Shown here in pieces: positions 35,953 to 50,328 of a DNA stretch of 64,000 bases. This DNA comes from Octopus sinensis (lineage: Eukaryota), in assembly GCF_006345805.1 (NCBI RefSeq), contig NC_043000.1:127968001-128032000 (forward strand), given 5' to 3'. How positions within the stretch are numbered: the first letter of the stretch is position 1; every line of letters begins with the position of its first letter. Both the position numbers and the translations under genes were made by a program. The notes below the pieces were generated by a model. That model worked only from the letters and a program-made list of their open reading frames with translations, did not search any database and had not been told where the DNA came from.

Positions 35953-38900
35953 CTGAAATGGAACAGAACCATTTTTCAATTAACAGTCATGTTAAAAGAG
36001 ATCAAATATTACATTAAAGACACAAACAGTTCTTGAAACTTTGAATATATTAAATATTTGGTCCATCTGACTGGTTCCCATGCTGGTGGCACGTAAAAAA
36101 ACACTATCTGAACATGATTGATGCCAGGGCCGCCTGACTGGCTCTCATTCCAGTGGTATGTAAAAAACACCCACTACACTCCCAGACTGGTTGGTGTTAG
36201 GAAGGGCATCCAGCTGTAGAAACATTGCCAAATCAGATTGGAGTCTGGTGCAGCAGCTAGCTTTCCAGGCCTCAGTCAAACTGTCCAACCCATACCAGCA
36301 TGGAAAACGGATGTTAAATAATGATGATGATAATTGACTTCAGTGAATGGATGCATTAGTAAAGTCAAATAGCTAATATTGTATTTTTGTTTCAATTTCT
36401 ACTGATAAGTTTGGTGATCCTTGAAAACCAGACAATTGTGTATATTGTTTGAAAATATGTCCTAAAATACTTGAGAATATCAAATACTTTGTAATGCTAT
36501 CTAGTCAATGATTAACTGAAATCATAATATTAATGTTTTCCAGCTCCAACCTCTTCTAAAATGTGAGTAGTTTGTAGATGGCCCCTCCTTTTATCTTTTG
36601 TTTCAGTCAATGAGCTGCAGCCATGCTAGGGCACTGTCTTGAAGGGTTTTAGTTGAACAAATCAATCCTAATACTTATTTTCTTTTCAAGGCCTGGTGCT
36701 TATTCTATTCGTTTGTTAAGCTGAACTGCTAAGTTAGAGAGATGGAGGTAAACCAACATTGGTCGCCAAGCAGTGGTGGGAAACAAACCCAAAAATACTC
36801 AACATGCACGCATGACAGGTTTCTTTCAGTTTTCATCTACCAAATCCACTATCATCAGCCTGAGGCAATAGTTGAAGATACTTGCCCAAGGTGCCATGCA
36901 GTGGGACTGAACCCAGAACCATGTGGTTGGGAAGCAAACTTACCATACAGCCACACCTACAACTAACTACATCCCACATCTCCTTGCATAAAGTTGCACC
37001 TTCAGAGTTCATAGTCTTACAAGCTGCATGATAACCTAACTAATGCCAGTGCCATGACAAAAAAGTACCCAGTGCATGCTATAGAGTTACTGGCATTAGG
37101 AAGGGCAGCCAGCCATTGAAGCTACACCCCAAACTCAAACACTGGAACTAGATGTGGTACTTTGACACTGTTGGATCTTGTTAAACTATCAAACCCATGG
37201 CAGCTTGGAAAGCAGATGTGAAATGATGATGCATAAAGATAAACTACCAAAAACATGGATTTATAACATTTCATTAACCCTTTCATTACAAACCCGGCTG
37301 AAACCGGCTCTGGCTCTGAGTACAAATGTCTTGTTTTCATAAGTTTTGAATTAAAATCTTCCACCAAACCTTAGTCACAATTTATGTTCCTAAAACTAGC
37401 TGAATGATAACTAAGTTATTTTACTAAATTCTTTGTTATATTTAAAATAATTGAAAGAAACACAGAGCATCTCAAAATAAATACAGTAACGAAAGGGTTA
37501 ACAATCATTCAGTTCTTTTGTTTCAGTGAGAAAATAAAAAGAGTGTGACAGTGGTAAGAAGTCACACCTGCAAGCTGGCCAAAGCCTTGTATGTGGATTT
37601 GGTAGACAGAAACTGAAAGAAGCCTGTTCTGTAAATATATGTACATATTTGTGTGTATATTTGTATTTGTGCCCCACCACTGCTTGAGAACTAGAGCGGT
37701 TTGTTTATGTCTCTGTAATTTAGTATTTCAGCAAAAGAGACCAACAGAATAAGTACTCAGCTTTTCTTTTCTACTCTAGGCACAAGGCCTGAAATTTGGG
37801 GGAAGGGGATGAGTTGATTACATCAATCCCAGTGCATAACTGGTACTTAATTTATCAACCCCTGAAAGGATGAAAGGCAAAGTTGACCCTGGCAGCATTT
37901 GAACAAAATTTATTCTTTTCTACTCGAGGCACAAGGCTTGAAATTTGGGGGGAGGGGGCCAGTCAATTAGATCGACTCCAATACACAACTGGTACTTAAT
38001 TTATCAACCCCGAAAGGATGAAAGGCAAAGTCGACCTTGACAGAATTTGAACTCAGAACGAAAAGACAGATGAAATACCGCGAAGCATTTCGCCCAGCGT
38101 GCTAACGTTTCTGCCAGCTCACTACTCTACATAAGTACTCAGCTTTAAAAAAATTAGTACAGTTAAACTTATCAAGGTAGTGCTCCAGCATGGCTGTAGT
38201 CCAATGACTAAAACAAGTAAAAGATATGAAAAAAAGATAAATCTTTACTACCTAATGATAATTACTTTTCAAATTAAATGGCTTAATTATGAAGACACTT
38301 GAAGTAAGAGGATTTAGTAGTATGTGCAAAGCTAAGAACAGTTGTTATTAACAAGTGAAATAGTTACATCTCAATATATGAAATACTTTCATTGAGAATA
38401 CAGGTGTTATCAGATGCTACATTGTGTTTAAAAACACAAGAGATACTGGAGGGAGGCAAAAAGTTGTCCCAGCTGTGGCTAACAAGACCAGATGTATATA
38501 GGCGGTCTTGTTATTTTATTATTGTTGTTTCTGAATTTGTACTCACAAGTTTCTTATTTCTTTATTGCACACAAGGGGCTAAACATAGAGGGGACAGACA
38601 AAGGGATTAAGTCAATTACATCGACCCCAGTGTGTAACTGGTACTTAATTTATCGATCCAGAAAGGATGAAAGGCAAAGTTGACCTTGGTGGAATTGGAA
38701 CTCAGAATGTAATGGCAGATGAAATACCGCTAAGCATTTTGCCCAGCGCACTAACGTTTCTGCCAGCTCACCGTTTATTGTACTCACAAGTTTCTGTATT
38801 TGATGGCACTTAAGGTGCACTTTTTTTTCGCCAAAAATACAGTAATCCCTCGACTATCATGGGTGTTTCATTCCAAAACCCTCTGTGATAGGTGAAAATC

Positions 38901-41900
38901 CACAAAGTAGGAACAGTACTGTACTGTATATATATATTTTTATAATTTGTATATATTTATTTTATTACAAATGCAAAACAACAATACGGAGGAATCGGCA
39001 TAAGTTTAAATAATAAACCACGATAGGTGAACCGCAATATGGCGAGGAATTACTGTATGTCTCAACACTTTGTGTCCTATATGTGAAGTTGAGCCTATAT
39101 TACTGCTTTAACTCTTTAGCATTCAGGTTACTCTGTCAAATGTAATGCTTATCTGTTCACACTGTTTTGAATTAACATATAGCTTTGAGATTTCAATGAA
39201 GTAATTGTATATTTTTAGAATGACATTGTAGGGCAGGTGTGAGAGGCCATATATGGCCAATTTGAGCATAAATCAAGAAGAATATTTAGGCCAAATATGG
39301 TTGGTTTAAATGCTAAAGGCTTAATTCCTCCCAAAACTTTTTTTTTTTCCTGAATATGCACTCCTGAAATTGAGGTGTTTTTAATATGTGCATTTGTCTT
39401 TTATGCCTTCAAGTATGGTATATAAAAATATTGTAAAAAGGGATCTCACAATAATATTTCAAAAAGTAAATCAACACTTAGAATATTTTTCAAAATATTC
39501 AAGAGAAGATTTAAATGTAACTTACTTTTATAGAATACTTGAAACTTTGCTCAGCTTCATATATACGCTTATGTTTAAGGCAAACAAGAGCTAGGTAGGC
39601 CCAAATTTCAGGATCCATGTTATTCAGAATATTGGCTTCACATAAAGCAGACTCCGCTTCATACAACTTCTCCATCTAGGAAATAAATTACATAAAATAA
39701 CTTTTGCATTTATGTTGCAACTGTTAATAACATTGATGAAGATATGCCACAAGCATCAATAAAGACAAGACCAAAATTTTGATAAACTATCATGTGAAGA
39801 CTCATCAGATGTTGGAACCTTTATTTTAGCAACATCGTTACATAAGTTAAAGAAACAATTCCAGGCAAGAATTAAAATAAAAAAGCCAACCCTACAGGAA
39901 CTCTAAAGAGATTTCCCATAATTCCAAGCTTCAGATATTCAACATGAATGTAAAATTGATACTCTTAAGGTTTCATTAATGGATGCCATCAGGCAATCCT
40001 AAAAATTATGTGGATATATTTTATTATTAAAAATGTTGCTAGCGTATAAAAATATACATTGTCAGGCCTGAAATCTGCAAATTTAACAATGATGAAGTCA
40101 TATATACTGAAAAAGATTTCTGATTTTGGAAAAGATTATCAATGATTTACAGTTTATACTAATTAATAAGAGGACTTTAAACAAATAAAGATACTCACTC
40201 GATAACAAGCTATTGCAACTCCCAGCCATGTGACAGAAGATGGGCTACTTTTACATGCCATGAGAAATATATCCCGAGCTTCTGGAAACTAATTTAAAAC
40301 AGACAATTTATTACACCATAATGTTTAAAACTGGAATAACATTTTTATAATATTAAAGAAAATTCTTCAATTGCTTCTAACAAGGTATTGTGTTTAATTT
40401 TTCTTTGTCATGTCATGAAAAAATCTGTCTGCACCAGTGACTACAATTAGTAACTGTGATGGCAATGAAAATCTTCCTCTAAATATTTGTGAAATGAAAA
40501 TATAATTTTCTCTTCCAGTGCTGTAAGTGAAGGCACATGGATCAGTGGTTAGAGCACCGATCTTACAATCGTGAAGTTGTGAGTTCGAATCCCGGACCGG
40601 GTGACTGCTGGTCTTCCATAAACAACCTTGCCCGGACTTGTGCCTGGGAGGGTAACTTTCTAGGTGCAATTCCACGATCAGTCATGACTGACGGGGGTCT
40701 CAGCAGCTGTAAGATAATTTAGCTATACTGACCCAAAGAATGAAATCACTTTTAGCAACAGCTCATTAACCACAAGTTGACAATTAACCCTCTAAAGCCA
40801 TCACCTTCTGTGACTTCAAGGTCCACAACTCTACTTGGTTCTCACACACCTTTCATATTGATGCTGATGGTGCAAATGCTGAATCTTTACATCATTCTAA
40901 ACATTTTGTTATTTAATATCATCATCTACTTGTATCCTGACACACAGGTAACACTAACACCCTAGATTTTGTTCTTACTTCCAAACCAAATCCTTACTAA
41001 ACTATTGCTGTCTCTGTCCCTATTAGAATGTCCAGTTACTACCTAATTAAAACTACCCAACAAACCATAATGCCCAATACCTGCCCATCTCTTGGACCCT
41101 ATGGAACTACCAATTTACATTGATTATCCCTGGCAAGAAATATGCTACAACACCTGAACACACTCAACATGTCTACCAACTAGGTAGTGGGGGGGGGGTG
41201 AGTATGTTCCTAGAACTGTCACTCTTTCAAGACTACGACCCAAAAATGAAAAGATTCCTTTATATACCACAAGGTCAGTTATCTCTTCTACCTTCAAAAT
41301 TGTAACATGTCTTCCTAATCTCTTGCCAGGAGAATTTCCACCAACTTTGCAGAAACTTCCTTAACCAAGATGACCCTCTTAGCAGCACTTCTGCAGAGGA
41401 AAATGCATCATTTTCTGTCTATTTTGCTTCCAACTCCACAAAACACACAGGACTCCTCCAAAACTTAATATTTGGCACTGTACCTTGAAACTTTCCTGCT
41501 CCTCTCTACCAGCCCCACCACCAGGCACACATACAGACTGAATCTTAGGCTTTGCTATCACTAAAGATCTCTCCCAGTGAAAGGGTATCTTTAAACATAG
41601 CTCAGACTACATCTCAAAGACTGTTCCTTCTCTTCATAACCAGAAAATTCTTCACCCTCCAATGATTAATGATACTCTACAAACTAAGATGAGAGTCACA
41701 ATGAAATATTGCTCCCACATATGAGATGCTGCTACACAGATATCCTAGACTGCATCTAGAGAAGGGCCACTCAGCTGATTGGAATAAAATTACTACCAGA
41801 CATGCTCCAGCCTCTTACCCACAGGCATGCTGTTTCTTTTCTCCACTTTTTCTACCATTACTACAATGAACATCTGCCCCATGAAGTTTGGTGGTCTTGT

Positions 41901-44900
41901 TTCATTTCCAACTTACCTCTCCTTGTTTCATCACTCATGTTGTGTCCAACCCCCACCAGAACATCAGCCCTCCCACAATGTCTTTTCTGCAGGTGTCAAC
42001 TGGCAGCAGTTTAAACCAAACATTAACAGCATCAGATACACCAGTCATCATGAAGAGTCTATAAAGGCCATGGCTACTAACCCTTCTTCCAACAAGTAAA
42101 AAGCAATAACAGTAAACAGTACTATTAGCCCTAACAATATCGTTTTCATTACTCTTCAAACATTACACTTCAGAGCTAACCCCTATCCTTGCCAAACTCT
42201 TCAATTGTTCTCTACATACAGGGCATCTATCCTGATCTTTGGAAACATGTCCCATTCTAAAAATCAGCCTTTTTGACCCTGAGGATGAATGGCTTATTCC
42301 TTCCTTTTAATATGTCAAAAGTAAAGGAAACAATTGTTAACAACCATCTTTATAACCTCTAGTCTCCTTAATGATCACCAGTATAGCATTTATAGAGTCA
42401 GATCAACTGGGAACCTGCATTTATATGTCATTTCTTTGCCCTTGAGAAATTCAATGAAAACAATGTCATTGGTTTTGACACTGGCAAAACATTTGACTAT
42501 ATCTAGCAAGAAAGTTCTTCTAGCTGAGCTGCCCATCTCTGGAGCAGAAGGTTCGTTTCAGAGATGTAACAGAGGTTGTTACAGAAGAAGTAGAGAGAGA
42601 AAAACAGGCATTTGTAAAATGGCTGTAATATATTTGTGAGCAAGTATTGATCAAGCAACCAAATGGCTTTCTTTTGGATGCAGCCTAGAATCTTGTTATT
42701 TGTTTTAACTCTAATCAGTTAAATTAGGCTCAGCTTTAATCCAAAAATTATTGCTCTTTTTTTTTCAGCTATAGTGTATGTAGAACTACTTTATCCAGTG
42801 TATCCTCCCTGTTTTAAGTCAATAGCATGTTATTCGAGGGATGTTTAGTTACTATTTTTAACAGGCCAAACTGTTATCTAGATGTTTCATCATTAGCTCA
42901 AGTCTGGGATGTTTGTGGAGGTAAACCAATATGGGTTATACATGAACTTTGGAGAAGGTCAGTATCTGGTAAGGGCTGAAATATTTTGTAGTCCTAAATA
43001 GGATGGCAAGTCTTTTGGATAAAATTTTAGGTAGTGATTTGTAATGGTCACCACAATTCATAGGATTTTACATAATAATTTTAGAAATTAAATAATTATT
43101 AATGAATTGTCACTGAATCCAAGAACAATTACAGATTGTTTAAATGACTTGCAGTAAAGATTTGAAAAATGTAAGAAAAAGGGCAAACATTACCTTCTTG
43201 TCTTGCAGATAGATCGATCCTAGACGCAAATACACAGAGTGAATATCCTGGGTATCATTTACAAATGATAAAGTACGATCATAATGATTTTGGGCATTGG
43301 AAACATCCCCTGTTAAATACTTCACATGACCTAATAGTGCCCAAGTTTCGGGGAACTCAAAAATAAAACAAAAAATGACAAATCAACCAGCATGTAAAAA
43401 ATAATCTATATATATAGAGTTGAGAATGTGTGTTTGTCTGTCTGTGTGTTTGTGTCAATCACTAAAACATGAGAACTACTTTATTCACATTTTATACATG
43501 CCTTACTTAGGGTCCATGTAGTGTCATAGGCCAAAAAAATTGTCAACTTCTTGCCTAGTGCGAGCCCAGAGCAATATCATATCTTCTCCACTGTTTCAGT
43601 ATTACGTGTCAAAAGTGAAAGAATAACATTTCTCTATTGTAATGTCAGATATTTTCACGTTAATAGTTTCACTTCAATACTGAAACTATTAAAGTGAGAC
43701 TATTATCTTACATATATACAGGCATGCATTCATATATACATACATCTATATATATAAAGATGAGAATGTGTGTCTGTCTGTGTCAATCCCTAAAACTTGA
43801 AAACTACACAACCAATTTCATTCAACTTTTACACATGCCTCACTTAGGGTCCATGTAGTGTTATAGGCCCTAAAATTTTTTAACTTCTTGCCTAGTGCGA
43901 GCCCAGAGCAATATCATATATTCTCCACTATTTCAGTATTAGGTGTCAAAAGTGAAAGAATAACATCTCAGCATGGCCACAGGTCAATGACTAAAATCAA
44001 TTAAAGATAAATGATATAGTTTTTTTTCCCCAGTTTCCACAGGTTTTTAAAGCACAATGATAGAGAAAGAAAAACAAGAAAAATATAAGCAATTTCTCAG
44101 TATGAATTCACTTTCAGTTTATCTGTAGTTTTACTGCAGTCAGTGCACATCAGTTATTTGCACATGATGCTTTATTACATTAAATGATTATACATACTAA
44201 GTATGGTTGTATGGTTTGTAGCAATCTAGTTCTGGGTTCAATCTCACAGCATGGCACCTTGGGAAAGTGTATTCTACCATAGCCTTGATCGACTAAAACT
44301 GTATGAGTGAAAAATGGCAGACTGAAACTGCATGGAAGCCCATTGTATCTTTCTCTCTCCCTCTCTCTATCAACCTACCATCCCACCCATCCAAGCCCAC
44401 TGTTTTACCTACCTACCTGTGTGTGTATACATGTGTGTGTGTGTGTGTGCGCGTGCACGTGCACACACGTGTGGATGGCCAGACAAAAATTGGTGCATCG
44501 ATCAAAGATCCTTTGTGGTATGTAGTCTAAGTCAGTGCTTCTCAAACTATCTGATGTAACATACTGGGAGTTTTTTTTCCCCCAGTGTGCCAGGGACTGG
44601 TAATGTTTCTTAGTAATACTAATTCATACCAGAATCAATATGTATAATGAATATAATAAAAGTTGACAACTTTTTTTATCTTATGTTCATCTTTTCAACA
44701 AATATTACATAAGCATTTTATAATGTTTGTTTCTTTTCTGGAAACTCACTGCATACAGGCACCAGTCCGTGGACCACCACTTTGAGTAGCATTGGTCTAA
44801 GTCACATCCCTTGAGTCAAGGCAGACTTAGCCATTCAGCCCTTACAACATTGATAAAAACAAGTACCAAAGTACTAGTGAGGGTGGGGAGTCAGTCAATG

Positions 44901-46317
44901 TAAGTGACAAAAGTTCTTGAAGACTATGCCAACATGTTTGCCGTAGACTAAAAGAAGTAAAAGATTAAAGGAATATACAAATTACATAAGGAAATCTGAA
45001 ATATATGAATATAAAAAAAAGACTCACCTCTTGACTGATTAGAAGAGCCTGATTCAGATAATTTTCAGCTTCAGTGAACTCTTTTTTGAAAATACTTATT
45101 TTAGCAAGACACCAGAAATACTGAATGGAAGGTTTCTCAGATGTCTGGAGGAGTTCATGAGCCAAAGCTCGTTCTGCAAGCTAGGAGTACAATACAACAA
45201 ATGTCTATTTACTTTTTGCCTTCCTTTCTTTTTCTTTCCTCAACCTTTTTCATACCGACCCACTTGAAACAACCCCTAGTTGTGAAATAAAATCTTTTCT
45301 GTTTTAAAATGATCTAAATCAGGAGTCACCAAACTTTGTCGACCATCGACCCCCTTTAGCCACTTCTCCTTCCACATCGACGACGCTCCTCATTTAAAAT
45401 ATCTTAGTACCCTACCATACCGTACCATATCTTAAATGCGTACTCGGTACTGATGCTAGCAATTAAAATGTTAGCTAAAATATACGTATATGACAAATTA
45501 AGAAATTCTATTGAAGATGACATACCTTTCACATTTAAAACTATGTGTATGAGTATTAGACTTTCAATTTTTATGAAATTGTTTACTAGGTTAGAAAATG
45601 TGAGAAACACATCATATTGCTGGAATATCTTTTATTGAAATTGACAACATCAATGTGAAGGATGAGCATGGTGCTGACTAAGTATTTCAAGCAGTTCATC
45701 TGGCGAGCTGGTCTTTTGCACACCAACCCTCATTCGACCCCTTCACTACCATCGACCCCTGTAATTCCTCACCGACCCCTAGGGGGTCCCTCGGACCCCC
45801 TTTGGTGACCCCTGATCTAAATTAAAACTGTCATCAAAATTTCATGTTAACTAGCTGACCCCATAGAAATTGGCTCAGGCTTTGGTTCTCTGCAGTCCCT
45901 TGTCATGTGCAGATGCAGACACCTAAAACACTGGTCTTTAAATGGTCATGGCTGCTCCACTGAGTCTCTTATCACCTTGTTATTCATCAATTGTAGCTCA
46001 ACACTGTAGGCTTCTGTAGCTTCCACCACCACTGCATTCTATCTAGTGTTTCATGTCAACAAACAGACTTGAATAATGAGTTTGCTCATGGACATCTTGC
46101 TGCCCAACAGCTGTTGTAGCCACACCAATATCCCATTGGGGAAACCACTCACAAAACCAGTTGCATCACCTTTCCCATGCCTTCCTCCATAAATTAAAAC
46201 CTTCCATTAAAATCTCATGTTAACAAGTGCACTCCATGGATATCCATGGTTTAATTAGAAACAACCACCAAGTATTAAAGAGCAATATAGCACTTTAACT
46301 GCTTAATTTATGAGTTT

Positions 46318-46378
<61 letters not shown>

Positions 46379-46712
46379 TATATAGTTACTTACATATGAG
46401 AGGGATGACCACTATGTGGACACCTTAATGCTAGAAGTAGATCCGCTATGGTCTTACCACTAAGAAATGTTCTCTAGAAAACTTTAGCAAGCACCAGAAA
46501 CGTAAGCGAGCAAGACAAATGAAAAGTAACAAAAATATAGATTAATCTATAGCGGATCTACTTCTAGCATTAGGGTGTCCACATAGTGATAATCCCTCTC
46601 ATATGTATGTAATACTATTTACTGAACCTCAGTTTTTTAATATGCTAGACCACTGGTGTTAAATTGAAGTTATCAAATTAATATCCAATTTTTCACCCTC
46701 ATTTTAATTTTA

Positions 46713-46743
<31 letters not shown>

Positions 46744-49700
46744 GAAGGAGTAAAGATCTCCTTTGGTCACATATGACCATGGGATTGCACCTAAAAAGTT
46801 CCTCTCTGAGGTAAAAGTCTGGACAAGGTTGTTTATGAAAGACCAACAGTCATCCATGCATACTGGCCTCTCCTCTTCATGCCACTGATGTTGACCAAGG
46901 GAAAGGCAAAGGCTGATACAGCTTGGAACCAGTGATGTCGCAACTCATTTCTACAGCTGAGTGAACTGGAGCAATGTAATATAAAGTGTCTTGCTCAAGA
47001 ACACAATGTACAGACCCCAGTCCAGGAATTGAACTCATGATTGTAACCACTGATATACAGTACTTAATTACATATATACAATGCAACAAAATAAGTCAAC
47101 TAATTGAACAAATGCTGAAATGGAATATTTGACTTATTTATAACTTGAAGATAAACAAGATTTCTCGTAAAAGTCTCCTTTTACTTCCCATCCATACAAA
47201 TACTAATGGTAAGTGCACATATACTCATACCATCTAATCTGCCACACACACATATACAAACACACAGCTAATGGTTGTGTGTATGTCTCAGTGCGTAAAT
47301 GTGTGTGCACCAATAGTATTCATTAGTGTGTGAGTGTGTGTATGTATGCAAATGCTAGTAGCATTCATTTGAATCTCTCACTCCTTTTCTCTCTCTCCCT
47401 CTCTCTTTTTCTCTCTCTCTCTCTGTCCTTTTCTTTCTCTCTCTCACTGTTGCACACTTTCTTTTAATTCTTTTAGCATCTCCTTTCCAGTGTGACAGAT
47501 TATTTACACTACAGGAATTTACTGTTAATACTTTGTATTATACTAATATAATTGACAGATAGATTTGTTTCAAAGAAGGCATAGCCTGTAACATCCTGCC
47601 TCAAAGCCATCTGCCACATGCACTTTTATGGACATGTCTTCTGCCTCTCACAAGATCCTCCTGCCAGAACCTTACAGTGCAGCAGCTGCAGGTTAGAAGA
47701 GGCCCCATGTCAGGCCCCGCACCAGATGGCTGGACATGATTAAGGAAGATTTCCAGAAGCTCAACATCATCCTGGTGGACACAGAGAAACCTGGTTGGCT
47801 CTATGCACAATGATGATGCTGGGACCACTAACTTGGGATGATCCCAGGCACACTGAAGAGAGAATTGGAAGAACATTGTGACTAGTGGTGTATAATGACA
47901 TCTGCTAGTCAGGTTGAGAAATGTGATTTGAAACAAAGGTGGCAGAGTATCTCAACAGAGAAATGGTGACAAAAAGTTTAAAGAAATTTCTCATAGTTAT
48001 ACATAGTTATCTACAGATGATAGAATGAGACAAAAATAATTAAAAAAAAAAAAGAAAAAATGTTTAATTACTCTGAAAACTTTAAGTTTAATCAACCATT
48101 CTGCTGTGATCATGTATATACTGAATTCAGGTTCTGGTTCATTTGTTGAAAAGTAATCTTCCTCTATTTGACTCAGGTTTGACAATTCAGATTTGACTCT
48201 GATATCAGGTCGAATTCCTAAAGAAATTTATTAAATACAAAATATTCTTTTGAAATAATCATTGATAAAATATGTGAAAGATATTACAAAGGAGATAATC
48301 TTTTCTTATTAATATTTGGTAGAATTACAAATTTGAATTTGAAATTAAGGAACAAGGAAAAAGATGTATAGAATACACATATTGTTATTTATACATTTTG
48401 TTATTGCTTACTTATTATGAAGGTCTTAAAATTTTGAACTGGTGAGTGTGTTAATAAGGCATTAAAACAATGAGTCACTACAGACACAATAAAATATGCT
48501 TCAACACACGAATTCACACAAAGAATCTTGCAAACTAAATACAAAAATGAAATTAAAATTTCTAGTAATTGGTAATCATGATATTATTTCATTCTTTTTA
48601 GAAATCCTCAGCATGACATAGCCAAAGGTATATAAATTTTATGATGTGAATAATTTGTTTTTTAAGAAGAAACAAAACATTTATAAATATTATTCAAAAT
48701 GTTAGGTTTAAAAAAGCCACATTAAAAACCAAAATAGATCAATGTAAAATAAATAAACGAAAACAGAAACAAACACGCCTGTTAAAAGTTGGTCTATTAA
48801 CTGAGCATTAGACAAATTAAAAGTGTGATATTCTTTTGTCAGCAATTAAATTTTTTTTTAAATATATCTTTATTCAACTATTCAAACAAAAGATGAGAAA
48901 CAAAGAATTTACTTGAATCTATTTCTAACTTAACTAAGTTATAAAAATGATATAAGAAATAATGGTAATGCTGAAAATTTCAATAATAGTAATACTAGGA
49001 ACAACAACAATGATAGGAAATATCAACAGCATTAATAATAATCATGATAACAATAAAGGAAAAATTAGAAATAGGAGAAAGACTTAGAAAATTACAATTT
49101 TTAAATCTCACAACAAGAGATATTCAGCAACAGTACTTTGGAGTAAAGATTGCCAAAATAACATGGCAGTCCTGGTTTAGGACGAATGTTGCCGTAATTT
49201 AGCCCCAGGAGACATCGTCTCCAGCTGGCTATACGACACGATCTGTGTCCTTGTATTTTCGAACAAGGGAATCTAGAATCCCAACTCAGCTCAAAACAAT
49301 ATCTGTGTAAATACAGCAACATTTGTCCTAAACCAGGACTGCCATATTATGTTGGCAAACAATCTTTACTCCAGGAGAAAGACTTGTAATGTCAGATATT
49401 TTCACTTTAATAGTTTCACTTTAATACTGAAACTATTAAAATGAAATTATTATCTCACATATATACAGGTATACATACATATATAATATATATATATATT
49501 ATGTTTATATATATATATATGTATACATCTGCACAAATGTATATATATACATATATATCTTTATATATAAAAGTGAAGTTGTGTGTCTGTCTCCTACGAT
49601 TTAGATTCCTAACTACTCCCACATTTTGCGGTGCAGTTTAACCAAAACCGGGTATCTTATAGTTGTGATTCATATCGAGCCCTTCTGGGTATTAGCGCGC

Positions 49701-50293
49701 ATTTACAATGAGTCTACGATTTAAAAAAAATTTACCATCATTTTTTTTCATTTTAATGCATTTTTTCGCTATTGTATAAGGGAAGTAACTCTCTAAAAAT
49801 GTCTACGATGAGTCAACGATTTAAAAAAAAATTCACCATCATTTTTTTTCCATTTTTAATGCATTTTTTGCTATTTTTTGGCTATAACTCTCTAAAAATG
49901 CTTATATAGTTATTTCCCTTACAAACCCGAGCAACGCCGGGCGATACTGCTAGTATCTTTATATATAAAAGTGAGGTTGTGTGCTGTCTGTCTCCTACGA
50001 TTTAGATTCCTAACTACTCCCACATTTTGCGGTGCAGTTTAACCAAAACCGGGTATCTTATAGTCGTGATTCATATCGAGCCCTTCTGGGTATTAGCGCA
50101 CGTCTACGATGAGTCTACGATTTAAAAAAAAAAATTTACCATCAATTTTTCCAATTTTTTATGCATTTTTGGCATATATAAGGGAAGTAACTCTCTAAAA
50201 ATGCTTCTATAGTTATTTCCCTTACAAACCCGAGCAACGCCAGGCGATACTGCTAGTATATATATATAATAATAATAGTATATATATATATAT

Positions 50294-50328
<35 letters not shown>

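Noticed and set aside
40532-40610. Possible tRNA gene
   Set aside because: A and B boxes are present, but there is no acceptor stem or canonical 7-nt anticodon loop, and it continues into a repeated SINE body.
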